From assembly GCF_018350175.1 (NCBI RefSeq), contig NC_058368.1, positions 228,658,001 to 228,722,000 of the forward strand: 64,000 nucleotides of DNA, given 5' to 3'. Positions within the stretch are counted from its first letter, which is position 1. Every line of letters starts with the position of its first letter. The notes beneath the pieces were generated by a model. That model was not told where the DNA came from and made no database searches. It saw only the letters and a program-made list of their open reading frames with translations. Shown one piece after another: positions 47,701-60,929 of the stretch. The DNA comes from Felis catus (taxonomy: Eukaryota). Made by a program: the position numbers and the translations under genes.

Positions 47701-48982
47701 ATAGATGAACCTGCTAACAGATTGAAGTAGGGCTGAAATTGCTTCGTTTACCCCTAGAGGTCAGTCCATGTAGCTCTTTATAGTCCATAAATTAAGCCAG
47801 CGGTGAGGTTTGTGTTCTTGAAGAGTGAAGTTGGCCCAGTCGGGCAGGGCTCGGTGTAACAGCTTCGCTCTCCACTAGATGGCGCGGCTAGCCTACTGGG
47901 GTGGATTCTTGCGGTGCTCGTCAGTGGGCATGCGCGGGAACGGTGAAAAATGGCGCTACCCAGCCAGCCAGTCTGTTCTCTCGGATCAGTAATCATGCAC
48001 CGGTCCTCTGTTCAGCTCTCTTCCACTCCCGCTTTTTCACTCTCTGTGACCAGGCCCCAGGCAGTATCTCTGGGGTTTTAACTCTGTCCCGAGTTTTAAC
48101 TCAGATGTGGCTGTTTTCCCCGGCCCCTTACTTCTGAAGGACTGCGGCTTTGACCCGTTCCCGCCCCACTGCGGGAGGGTCTCACCGAGCAATGGCCGAA
48201 CGATGGCCGAATGTCAGCTGCGCCCAGGAACGCCTGCTGGACTCTGCTGGTGCCGGAGCCCCGAGACTGTGGCCGGGTGCCAGCCGGCCCCAGAAAAGTT
48301 CCTGAGACAGCGTAGCAGCAGCTTTTCAGGGAGTATGGAAAATCGCAACACACACCTGGCACCAGGCTTCACCCTTAACGACCTGTTCCAGCACCAGCGA
48401 ATGTGGCCGCTTTCTGGGGTCTGCCGGGACCAGGTGGCTTCAACAGTCTCCACCAAACGTCCTTCCGGCAGTGGAACCGCTTTTCCCCGTGTGGCCAGAG
48501 AACCTCCCGGACCCCACTCTGTTGCCGGGGACTCGCCCTTCCCACCAGAGCACCGCCAGGTATGGAAACACGGAGTTGCAGCCTTTGCGCTCCCCTTGTT
48601 TACAGTCTTAATGGAATTTAAACCCTTGCCTTTCTCCCTTCTCCTTTCTCCCTTTTTAGTTTAGTCCCTGTGGCTGTTTCCAATTTTCCACTTTCTCTCC
48701 AGCTGCTTTTGGGGAGGGGTGCTTTTCCCGTATCCTCCCCCGCTCCCCACAAAAGGGTTTGCCTACCTTTTGGGGCTTCTTGCTCCCCAAGTTCAGCTCT
48801 TTGTGTCGCGTACCTGCTGAATTCTGTGGTTCAGGTTGTGCAGATTGTTGTGTTAATCTTCCAATCGGTTTACTAGGTGTGTAGGATGGTTTCGTGTTGG
48901 TCTGGCTGTATTTCATGGACGTGAGACACACAAAAAGCTTCCATGCTGTTCTGCCATCTTGGCTCCTCCCCTGGAAATTTTC

Positions 48983-49422
48983 TCTTTGTCCATTTTTAAA
49001 TTGAATCTTTTATTTACTTATTTTTGCTATTGAGTTGCAAGAGTTTCTTTTATGTTTTAGATACTAACCCCTTATCAGGTAAATGGTGCAAATATTTTCT
49101 CCCCTTCTGTAGGTTACCTTTTCACTCTGTTGATTGATTCCTTTGCTGTGCAGAAGATTTTTAGCTTGATGTAGTTCCAGCTGTCTATTTTTGCGTTTGT
49201 TGCCCATTCTCTTCGTGTCATATCCAACACATTATTTCTAAGACTAACATCGAGAAGGCTCTTCTTTATGTTTTCTTCTAGGAGCTTCAGAGTTTCAGGT
49301 CTTATATTTAAGTCTTTAATCTATTGTGAGTTATTTGGTGTGAGTCATGTAACTTAGGGGTCCAATTCAATATTTCTGCCTGTAGATATCCAGTTTTCCA
49401 ACACCATTTGTGAAGAGACTGA
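48983..49422 (-). mobile_element. Older L1 continuation, right part
   Basis: Resumes ctttgtccatttttaaattg...ttttccaacaccatttg, collinear with 44292-45140. Confidence 0.8.
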
Positions 49423-49929
49423 CAGTACAAGCAAACATTCCAGCACAGATTAGATTTTCTGGGACAAGAATGACATGCGGGGAAAGCAGAAACACTTCCT
49501 TACCCTGAGTTCAAGCACAGATCTAAATGGTTGGGAGAATCACTTAAAATTACATGGTATTGAATACAGTTGTTATGGAAAGCACAATACTTTTTCCCCC
49601 ATTTCTAAAGTCCTACTATGTGCCAAAGGATTTGCTAAAACTAATAGACAAAGGATTTGTTATGTGCCGATCAAACATCTTAAATCTTGGAAAATTCAGT
49701 ACACATATACATACGTATGTAATTACCATAATCTATGTACTTCGTAAATTATATAATAGGGGCCGACATTATGCAATAGAAAATGAAATAGAAAAATAAA
49801 GAAGGTATTGAAAAATATTGCCTATCGTAGTCAAGGAAGATCTAACGTGGCCAAGTGTTAAATTTTATGATAGCTTCCCTATTGAGTACTCATCCTTTTA
49901 ATATTCTGGATAGTGAAATGGAAAGGACA

Positions 49930-50870
49930 TATAAAACACTTCTGCTGTCTACTGAAGTGTGATGGTTGTTTCCAAAAGAAGCATGTATGTGATTGTTTGA
50001 GCTACGAGCCTGTCCGACTGCTCTTTTCATGGAATAACTTTTTCACCTGAAAAAACAACTGACAAACTATGGTTTTCAGACCTGAGTATCTGAAAGACAT
50101 TTTCTCATAAATGAACAAGATGAGACTATCACTTCAAGAAAAATAACTAGTAATATTTGAGGCCAATGTTAAAACGTGAACGTTCAAGGAATAATTAGAA
50201 TTCTGAAAAATGGATGACTTATCACCATTAGTTTCCCCAAACTTAAGGACTTTTCCTATATGAGATGGCCAGTGATGTTGGCAAATGCACTTTTTAACTT
50301 TGTGTAATGAAATGTGTTAACATTTGGGTGATCTCCATAACTGAGGGAACAAATATTTTCTAAACGACTGATGCATGATGTTAGAAAAATCTTGCAATAG
50401 TTAAAAAATCTTTTCAGAGTACAAAAACAAAAATAAAAACAAACCACCTTGAAACCACTTACAGATTATAAATGTAGCAGGGTATGAACAGTTCATTGAT
50501 AGAATCCCAGATTTCATATTATATCTAATCATTGTAAGTTTCAATGTGTTAACAAAAAGAATGTCCACAATTCTGTGGAAAAACTATTAATGCAATCTTA
50601 CCTTTGCCAACTTGATATCTATTTTTTCATTTACTTCAACCAAAGTCACATATTGCAACAGATAGGTTGCCAGTCATCCAAAGAGATTGCAAAAGTGAAG
50701 AAATATGCTATTCTTCCCCCTATATTTTTTGTTTTGGAATATATAGTTTTGTTGTTATTTTTGTTAACGTGTAATAAGATTATTGTTGTTATTTTTAAAT
50801 GAGTGACATACTTTAAAATTCTCAGTTTTAAAAACTAATGCAGCAAATATTGATACATGTATCATCAAGA
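49930..50870 (+). mobile_element. Charlie1-like hAT transposon fragment
   Basis: ttgtttgagctacgagc...aactgacaaactatggttttcagac motif of the degenerate transposase 3' part. Confidence 0.65.
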
Positions 50871-53589
50871 GTTCTTTGTGGTCCCCATTAAATTTTAAAA
50901 TTACTGCATAGGATCCCCAATATACTGTTTTCCAAGACATTAAATATAAGGTTTTATTGGAAAGACTACTAGTTCCTCTGTTCCCGTTAACCATGCAAAA
51001 TCACTGAGACTGGGAACTATCCAATAATGTTAAAAATGATTCTTAGAAACTAGTATAATCTGAGATTATAACTACTTTTTCTGGCTGTCTTATGGATGAC
51101 TATAGTTTAAATTTAAATTATCAATACACCGCTGTATCTTTGTATACTCTGGATAATGTCAAATTCTGTAGTTCTGCTTCAAATATATCAATTGTCAAGC
51201 TGACTTGTGACTTTTTTGTTGATGTGATGTTATATGTAAGCAAGACCGATGGTGTACCCAAGTCAGTAAATCTAAACACTATTATTAGTTTAAGATAATA
51301 TTTCAACGTAGGTTAGAAACTTAATGAGGGTTTGTTTATAGGTCAACAAAGCTTAGTTAGGAATATGGAAATTCAGGAAAGTAAGTAAACTTTGTTAGGC
51401 ATGAAAAATAGTATTTTTCCCCTCTGAATCTTGTTTGAGATTCACACAAAGGAGTAACAATTTATAAAATATGTGTAATGAATCAAGTTGGACATTACAT
51501 TGATAAATCCAGAAGCAAAGAAAAATTATGAAAGGATAAATATGTAAATTGATCAATTGGTTCAGCATAAAAATCACATAAATTATTAGAGGCTGATAGA
51601 GCAATATGCAGAATAACTTTCAATCCAAATATATTTTGGTTAGGAAAATGGAGAAATAAATCATTCTATATTAAAGAATATACAATAATTTTATTCTGCT
51701 CTCAAGGAAAAATAACAAAAATATATATCACAAGCATGACAATAAAGTTTCCCAGTAAGGGATCATTTTTCAGAGACGAAAACTGTAATTGATTTTTAAA
51801 AATCCACCAGGCACCCTGAGAGTAAAAATGTAGAAGGAGGCAATCATGATGGATAGTATGGATACACCTCCCATTAGATCCGTATTTGAAATAACTGAGA
51901 TAAAGGTGGACATTTCTCTCCCTAATATCATTTAGTTTTATATTTTCATTTTATCTCTTGCTTGTACAGCATACACCAATTTGTGTGTTCAAGGGAAAGT
52001 TTGTGTCCAGGTTTCAGTGTGAAAGAACTGTGCATTTTCTATTTTTAGCCGAGTAGACGTAGCAGCTGTCGCCTCGCATGTAAAGAAAACACAGTGGTGA
52101 GTTGGGTAGATGATCTGTCAATGCCCTCCAGCTAAAAGACCTCCAGGAACACACCTGTAGTTGAATAATTTGGTTTCTAACTAGCTGAAGTGAGGGAGAA
52201 CACACTGCATGGGGGATTGTGGGGTGTCTTGGTAAGAAGGTGTTAGAAGGATATGGGCATGTGTTAGGTGATTTCAGGAGAGTTGAAGGAAGTGGGCTTT
52301 GCTATGACTTGATTGCCATCATGAAGTGAGGGTACCACTATGACTGGATATTTTTATAAATTTTTTCCAGAAGAAAGGAAGGCTAGACTGGTAAAACTAT
52401 TATTAATAAAAGAACGTCAGCCAGCAATGGGGGATGCTGGGTCACTTGTGTGGTTTGCGCAATGTTCATGTTTCTTTTGTATTCAGACAATATTATGGAT
52501 GGGTCACGTTTTTTTTCTTGATCCATCATAATCACAAAGTGACTTTGCCTGATACTGATGGCCTTGAAGTTGTTGATGTTCAATAGGAGAACACCGACAC
52601 TGGGTCCTAGACCAGCTTGCAGCAATATCAAGACCTGACTGAAATACACATCCAACTTTTTTGTGTAACTGTAGTTATGGATAGTCATAGATCACATCCC
52701 ACCTTGATTCAGTTTCTTTCTTTTATTTTTATTTCTACTATACTGGAAATTCTTAACTTATAATGTTTGTTTTTATTTCCTTCACATAGAGCAAGATTTT
52801 TAGATAGCGTGGGTTTGGAATAATGAAGAGACGACTCAGTGAAGACTACCTTCACATTTCCGTTAGATATTAAAGCAAAGCAACGAGTAATCAGGATTTA
52901 AGGTTAGTAGGTTAAAGATTTCACAAAGGTGTTAGCCGGTGGGTACTTAATAAATTCTTGGCTGACATTTCATTAACAACGAGCAGTGGTTTTATATAGA
53001 CAATGATTCCAAGAAAGAGCTGCCAAGTTATTGGAAGTGGTAGAAACTGGCTAGAGCTGAGAATTCAAAGGGAGGCGCACACGTTAAAAGTAGCCTTGGA
53101 GCTTGGCCATTCTCTACCTCAGCCCTTCCTACCCATAGCTCATCGGTGCAGCTGCCATGACAGTCCACTTTGTGAGGAAAAGACTCATGATTTAAAAGGA
53201 AAAGCTGCATTCCTAGGCAACTATCATCTCAATTGTTGAAACCTCCTGGAAAAGAGCTTATCGATATGGAGATAATTCCCACCATTCAACTAGGAATCAT
53301 CACAGAACATTGACAACATGCTCGCATCAAACCAGCCAGGCCTTAAGTGCATTCATCTCTGTAATTTTGCTACAAATGTAAAACATTTGTGCATTTTGTT
53401 CTCCTAGGCATCAAGAATTTTGATAACTCTTTAATAATAACAAGGAAGTTTATGCATTTGTTCATTCAGCAAATATTTTTTGAGTGTCTGCTAGGCCCTC
53501 CCTAAGCAATGAGGAAACAGGAGTGACTGGATAGAGCAGACCCTTCTAGAGAATCTTGATCAGCTTTAGAATGAAGTTACTTCTTTTTG

Positions 53590-53591
<2 letters not shown>

Positions 53592-53636
<45 letters not shown>
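53592..53636 (+). repeat. Poly(A) run, about 45 nt
   Basis: Read directly. Confidence 0.95.
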
Positions 53637-53637
<1 letters not shown>

Positions 53638-56339
53638 AGTGAAAATCATCTTCCATGGCACATAGATTTCTATAAGGTATATTTAAAGCAAAATTGTGGA
53701 CCTGAAATAAGATTCCTGGTTAGATTGTACTGGAGTAAATGCATTCCTCAGAACTCTTCAAGAGTGAGTGGATATAGGAAAGGATGGACAAAAAATTCAA
53801 TTAAAACTTAATGAGACCTATGCTGTGTTGGTCTTTTGAATTCAGTTCTTGTATTACAACTAAAATTTTAAGTCATAATTATTACAAAACTTACGTTACT
53901 TTCAAACCAGAACTGAGGTCCCAACTTGATATTGGCTGGTATAATCAGAACATCTAAATGAAGGCAGTGGATTTCTTGTGACTTTTTGGATTAGTTTAAG
54001 AAGGCTTGCTAATTTGGAGAATTTTTTAAACACTCACATTATGAAAGTTATAATCAAGATATGTAATCTAAAGTCAAGGATAATCATCTTTTACTACAGA
54101 AATGTCAGACATGAGCTGAGTGATTTCACTGCTTAACTACTTTTCTTACTTGACATTTAACCTTGAATAAACACTCTTATATATGTGTTCAAAAGTTTTT
54201 CTTGGGGATTGAAGCACTCTCAGTGAGAATTACAGTGTGAACTCTGCTGTATTTCTCAGCTGAACTGGCCACTCAGACATTTCCTCTCAAGCTCAGGGTT
54301 ATAGTGGAATCTCTGGGTGTTTCAATAAGTTAGAAAAGGAAACTATGGTTAGGAAATTTTGGATATGAGTAAATTTGTTCAGAAGACCAAAAGTAACAAA
54401 AACAGACCCAATTCATTTTATGTTTGTTTCTTGCTTTTAAAACCATTCCTTTGTATTGTATTTTCCAATATTTTTTTTATTTAGAAAAGGAAATATATGT
54501 AATCTATATATTGGTCTTAAATTACCAACATATGGTGTATACTAATGAGTCCTTCATCCCAAGAACCAAAATGTGTCTGATGTTTGAAGGAGGTTTTAAT
54601 TGTTCAGACAAAGGAAGATTGAATCTAGTAAATAATAGGAAATAATAAAGATTCAGAAAAAAACAAAAGAGAAATGCTGTTTTTTGACGTAACAGTAATA
54701 CTATAAAGTCAACTGATAATAAGAACACATGCCTATATTTACCATTTTAAGGGCTGTAGTCCTGAAAGTGCCATTTTAGGAATGTCATGAATATGCATAA
54801 TTTTTCTTTTTTATCGTCAATAATTCACAATGTATTATTTGTAGCATGTGTAATCTGCATTCTGCCGCACTAATAAATATTTGTGGAGATAGAGTGTAAC
54901 AATAGGCAATAAGCAACTGTAATCTGACATCATTCATTCATTAATCAGTCCCTGGATATGAATTTCTCAGACTTGGACTTGACTAAGATTTCTCTGGTCA
55001 TCGTTTTTCTTCGTGGTTTCAGAGCTTATGCATTGCTATCTTTGGGATATAGTCAAAAGTTCATGTTCTATTCAACTTTAGGTTGTGTTATATTTTTCCT
55101 GTTTTGTTAAACAAATGAATCCTTCCTTGGATATGGTGTATTGTTTTTCTGGTCCACCTATTGTCAGTGATCTGTATTTTAGATGGCTGGCATCTATACC
55201 CATTTGCAAACTGCCACACATTGAGCAGTAGAGACAAAACAAACAAATCCATGTAGAAATATTAAAGATAGTCATTGCCTTTTGCCTAGGAAGAAGCATT
55301 ATTTTCCCATTACCCCCTGTTGGGTTCTTTTCTAGGCATATGTACTTCAATTTCTGGTATTGATTGCAGCCCTCATGAACAGCTTACCCATATGCCTGTG
55401 TGATCAGCTTCATTAGCTGTTGCATTGATAGTGCTGTGAGCATCTGTATCTGTAACTATTATCCAGAAATATCTCTGGTGGGCGCTGATAATCACAATGA
55501 AGTATGTCACAAAAGACGTCCGAATTCAAACAAATTTTGCCCCTGACCCCCAACTCTGCCCAAATTTTGCTTGTACATTTTCTATATACTACCTACTTTC
55601 CTCTCTCATTTAATACAGTTAATTTTATTTTATTTTTTCTGGCTATCCCAGTTAATTGCAGACTTAGACTTAAGGGTCATGTATTGTTTATCTCTGCATC
55701 ACCTAAATTGTCTAGACAGTGACTGGCATTTGGGCATTAGTCAACACAGTTTGATTGAATAGATTAATGTTCTCCTATTTAATGAGGTTTGTTTCTGTGT
55801 AATGAGGTCTGCTAAAGAAAAGATCCATAATCTTGTCTTGTGGTGTCTGTGTCCCCATAGTACCCTGTGCATCATGGTAAGTATTTGTTGGCTCAAATTG
55901 GTAAAGTTTACTGTGGTCTGGCTTTCTAAATGAGCAGTCACTAACATCGTTTTGATTTTGAAAGTAAGATCTTTTCTCCAAAATATTTTTTTCCTTGTCT
56001 GCCATAAATCTTGTACATGCACCTGAAGGCTCATGAGACTGTCCTTAAAATACAAAACTGCAAGGAACCGAAGCTCCTTAAGTCTGTAATCAGTTCATAC
56101 ACATTAGTAGAACTAAATAGGGACTAAATGTGGCATTGCTTTTACACCACATCTGTCCAATTTTGTAAAGAGAGGACAGGAGGGGATCAAAAACAAGCTA
56201 GTCTTCATTGTGTCAGGATGGCGTTGCGGCAAATGAGTGATATGAATAAAAGCAGGTAGGTTGAATGAACGTTAACCATTAGCAAAATCACTAACTGATG
56301 TCAAATTTAGAGGAATAGTCCTGGAAGCGAGCTGGGACT

Positions 56340-59025
56340 TTATCCTGGTATGTGGTTTCCTTCAGCAACCAGGTATTTTTATTCTCACAGCTGCTGGTGG
56401 GCTCCTCCAATGAATGTGCACAGCTCAGTGCCTCTCCAGAACGGCCCTTAGCTGAGGGAAACTGCTTTGCCCAAGTTTATGCCTGTTTTCTGGGGGCAAC
56501 CTGTGTCCAATGACTTGATAGAGGAGTAAAATGGCATGGCTTCTTTGCCTCCATTGCAACAAGGCAAGGGCCTTCCTAGCTCCAGAGCTCCTTGTAATAT
56601 CCACCGGATATCTCTGCTGAAATTTTATCACAGTTCAATCTTTCTATCTGCCCATCCTGCTCCCCTCACTCCGTCATCCTTTGTAAACCACTTGCCTGCC
56701 AATTTCAGAGACTCAGCATGTTTCTTGGGATTTGTAATGAAGACAGTTGGTACCAGCTATTGATATAGGAAACCGACTCTAAAATGGGGTTCTCAACCTG
56801 GATTGCTCAGCGGCTGGCTGGCTGGCAGTCAACATTTCATTGCTCATGGAAGATGGAGCACTTGTCATGTGTGTGGTTGTGGTATATTCAGCCCTCACTG
56901 GTGGTGAACTGGGATGGAATGCGGGTGGAAGGAAATGTGCCGGTGTGTACTCTACAACAGGTGTTTGATCGGTTTGGAGGAATTAGTAATTCTATTAAAT
57001 AGGGTGGCTATTGCTGGGGATCGTCAATGAATTAAAGAGACAACCAAAGGCTGGAGGTGAATAACTCCTATACAAGAGAAAGCGTGAAGGACAGTCATTA
57101 TCGCAACACATAGACTCTTAACTGCTGCAGTAGAGGACAGAAAATGATGAGGATTCAGCTCAGTTCTTATTTATGGGGGTGAAAGAGCTCCAGAGATGAC
57201 TGAACCTTAATCTTCAGCATTTGCCAATCTCGTATGCCAAAGTCAGCACCGTGACTGTGAAGGAGTGAGATGCTTATATTTGAAATGGGTCCATCAGATT
57301 GGTGCCCTCAAAACCTTGAGTCCCTGGGTTCACTTGAAGCTTTTAGTTCTGCAGGAATAGTTCACTCCTTCCTATGAGTGGCTAGTACTCTTCCCTTTCT
57401 TCAAGACATTACAGAGTCTTCTGCCTTGTGAGACCACATGCATCTACTTTATTTAGATGATATTTAAATGAGATTTTGGATTTAAGTTTTAAAGTTGACG
57501 CTGGAGTGAGTTAAGACCTTTGGGGCTCTTGGGTTAGAATGAATATATTTTGCATATGATAAGGACATGAATTTTGGGGGACCGGGGACAGAATTTTATG
57601 GATTGAATGTGTGTACCCCCATTCATATGTTTAAGTCTTAACCTTCAGTGTGACTGTATTTGGAGATAGGGACTTTATGGAAGTAAATAAGGTTAAATAA
57701 AGTTGTTAAGTGTGCGGCCCTAATCTGATAGGATTAGTGTCCTTATAAAAAGAGATACACTCTTGGCCAAATAGGGACAGGGCAAGGTGGCCATCTACAA
57801 AATAGGAAAAGAATTCTCACCAGAAACCTAACCCTGTTAGAAGTTTGATTTTGTACTTTTCAGCCTCCAGAATTGTGAGAATATAAATTTATTTTGTTTA
57901 AGCTACCTAGTTTATGGTATTTTGTTACGGTAGCCCCTCACACTAATACATGCCTCAAGGACTAATATTCCCAATGGAACACTTAGAAATTGGTGCTTCC
58001 TATTCATAAAACTCTCAATCTCTGCAGATCTGATTGTAAGAGGGGGGGTGTCCACCTGGGGATGCAATGGCAGTTCTGCTAAACTTAAAGCTACAGTTGC
58101 TACCCGTTACCTTTGGCTCAATGTCCCAAGAGACTAGTAGATAAGGAAAGGAGGCCCTTTCCTGAGTCATTGTGGAAAAGCTTCTATTATAAAATGGGGG
58201 CAGGAAAGAAAATGTTTAGCACCCAGGTAAGCCCCTGGGGTGTCTTTTAGTACTTTTCTGTTCAATCTTTATTGTAAATGGACAAGACATCAGCTGTACC
58301 CTGGGAATGACAAGGTAGACAAGAGCAGAGACCCATAGGTGAAGGTCTGTTTCACCACACTAAATAAGTCCCCAAGGTGAATCAAGGCTCTAGAGAAGGA
58401 TGTGGGAAATACAATATCAGTCATAGAGGAAAGGCGATGTGTACCTATTGTGGCTTTATGACCCGCTACAGTGGAATGGCTGTAGTTAACCCACTAATCT
58501 TCCTTAGGTAAGTTTTCCTAGGAAAAGAGAATTTTAGGGAAGTTCTTTTCAGATGGGTAGAACTGCCTATGATTGACTAGAGTGGATTCTGTGGTATGCT
58601 GTCCATAGCCCCCTTTAGAATGGTATAGCCATCGTCCCAAATGCAGGGAGTGTTAGCTCCTATTGTTCACGGTTAAGTTCCTGTCTAGGAATTGACCTCG
58701 GCCAAAGAAGCTGCCACACTTAAGAGGGAAGCCTATGTCCAATGGCAGAACAATGTCGGGGGCGGGGTGCATGCAAAAATCTAGCCTTCTTGCTTCAACT
58801 GGGGAAACTCTGAAGGGTCTTTCAGATTTAGATCTCCACATAGATTAACTTAAGACTTCACTATAAATGCATCACGGCTCAACTTCTCCAACTGCTCAAT
58901 CCTGCTTTATTTAGCTGTCAGCAGTGATTTTCCATAGATGAATTCCCAATAAATGTCCCTTACACAAATCTCAGTGTTGTGGGATTTTTTTTTTTTTTTT
59001 GTTTCCTGTGGAATGTAACCTGACT
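56340..59025 (+). mobile_element. Ancient ERVL-like relic (LTR16-like ends plus internal sequence), interrupted by MLT1A
   Basis: LTR-like end gaagaca followed by gttggtacca at 56746; second LTR-like end with aataaa near 58948; boundaries approximate. Confidence 0.45.
57460..57950 (+). mobile_element. MLT1A-type MaLR LTR (with adjoining sequence)
   Basis: tgtgactgtatttggagatagg...ccagaattgtgagaatataaa...ctaataca. Confidence 0.8.
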
Positions 59026-59589
59026 CAACACTAATGTGATGGGAGCATAAATTTCAGGGGCCAAACAAAAGCAGGTATAGCATTTAGGAAAAGAGATAGA
59101 GATCCGAGTTTGGCTTTTGGTGGAGTTCTACCGCAGCTCAATTTTGATTTGGCTCTACACATTGTTACTTTGGGAGCCAGGCTGATGAAACTCTTTAGGA
59201 GACACCATCTGTGGAGAAAAGAGGGAATGGGAAACTGCTCCCGTCTCTTCTAGATCCTCCTCAGGAACAATGAGTAATACTTGTACTCAAATATTATTGT
59301 CCAAAACTTGTCACATGACCATGCTTGAGTTCAACACAGTGATCATCTTCGGGGAGTGTGCCGTGAAGTGGGGTACTGGAGAGGAGTGCACAGTAATTCA
59401 GTCTGCTACAGGGACTAGAGCAGGGCAGACAACTCAGAACCTGTGCAAGAGAATTTGAGCACAAGAGGGAAGTGAGATTTCAGGGAAAAGGCAGAAGCTA
59501 TGGACATTGTGAGGGCTTTGGGTTACAGGTTAGAGATTATCTATCTATCTACCTATCTATCTATTTAAAATTATATATAATTATAATTA

Positions 59590-59619
59590 TATATATATTT
59601 TAAATGTTTATTTATTCTT

Positions 59620-59655
<36 letters not shown>

Positions 59656-59818
59656 AGAGCAAGCATGTAAGTGGGGTAGGAGCAGAAAGAGAGGGAAAGC
59701 GAGAACCCCAAGCAGGCTCTGTACTACCAGTGTAGCTTCTGTCTCACAAACTATGAGATCATGACCTGAGCCAAAATCAAGAGTCAGGCATTTAGCCTAT
59801 TGAGCCACCCAGGTGCCC
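59590..59818 (-). mobile_element. SINEC
   Basis: Body with (GA)n; head at 59818. Confidence 0.9.
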
Positions 59819-60118
59819 AGAGATTATATTTTTAAGTTATGTAGTAGGCAGTATATGTGTTGGCTAAGAGCTGGAAGTAGAAATTGGTAGCTTTGGGTGA
59901 ATTCCTTAATATATCTCAGCCTCAGAAAGTAATTATAATAAAACTTAGCATGTAGTGTTTCTGGAAAGATTGAATTAGATAAGGTTTGTAAAGTGATTAC
60001 AAGTATGCCTGGCATCTAGATTATGTTCAATGGTTGTTAGCTATTATTAGTCATGAACAATAAATGTGATTTTTGTTAAGTCTCAGAGTAGTGGGTTAAA
60101 GTGGACTTGATAATTTTT

Positions 60119-60344
60119 ATTTTTTTAAGTAATTTTTTTAATGCTTATATTTATTTTTGAGACAGTGAGAGACAGAGCATGAGTGGGGGAGGGGCAGAGA
60201 GAGAGGGAAACACAGAATCTGAAGCAGGCTCCAGGCTCTGAGCTATCAGCACAGAGCCCAATGCGGGGCTCGAACTTGTCAACCGCAGGATCGTGACCTG
60301 AACCAACGTCTGATGTTCAACCAACTGAGTCACCCAGGCGCCCC
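60119..60344 (-). mobile_element. SINEC
   Basis: 17-bp TSD tggacttgataattttt. Confidence 0.94.
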
Positions 60345-60909
60345 TGGACTTGATAATTTTTAAATAAAATCATATTTCTTTCTGAATTGACCATATAGAG
60401 TTACTGATACAATTACCAAAGCATTTTGGTCCTTTCTTATAGAAGTTAACCTTTTCTGCCTTGTAGTATACACGTTTTTTTCATTATTTTATCTTGTATG
60501 CATGTAATTTTTCCTGCTTGAACCCAGGTGCTACACCTTATTAATCGTTATTCTGAATATAATACCATGCTCAGTGTAGATGATTGTGACCACTTTAACT
60601 GTGGTTAATATTGTCAGTGTTGTTTCCATTGCTCTAAGTCAGTTCTCTGCGTAAAAAATTATCGACGGTGTCTTATGCATAATTTGAGTTTTGTTTTCCT
60701 TAGCCTGGTAATCAATGCCATCTATAACCTGGTCCTAATCTAAATTTTCAGATTTATTTCCTATTCACCACACTAACCCCACCAAACTAAGCTATTCATT
60801 ATTCTTTACATGTGTGTCTTGATTATTTTGAGTCCTCATTTTAACCTACCTCTTGGTTTTATTCTGATCCATGGTTGTAAGACACCTCTTCCCACACCCT
60901 TCCCAATAG

Positions 60910-60929
60910 CCCCCCCCCCCCCCCCCCCC
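60910..60929. repeat. Poly(C)20 run
   Basis: Read directly. Confidence 0.95.

Larger units (their letters stand above)
45150..48971 (-). mobile_element. Carnivore/felid L1, 5'-complete, with most of ORF2 deleted (about 3.8 kb)
   Basis: 5' end GGGGAGGAGCCAAGATGGC (YY1-like), CpG-rich 5'UTR, T-rich repeat block, ORF1 remnant, ORF2 endonuclease start fused to the ORF2 C-terminus, 3'UTR and A-rich tail. Confidence 0.92.

Noticed and set aside
48107..48664. 185-aa plus-strand ORF
   Set aside because: Antisense to the GC-rich L1 5'UTR with a non-ATG start; no evidence for an ORF0-like product
53592..53636. Poly(A) as a retrocopy tail
   Set aside because: No upstream element body, AATAAA or convincing TSD
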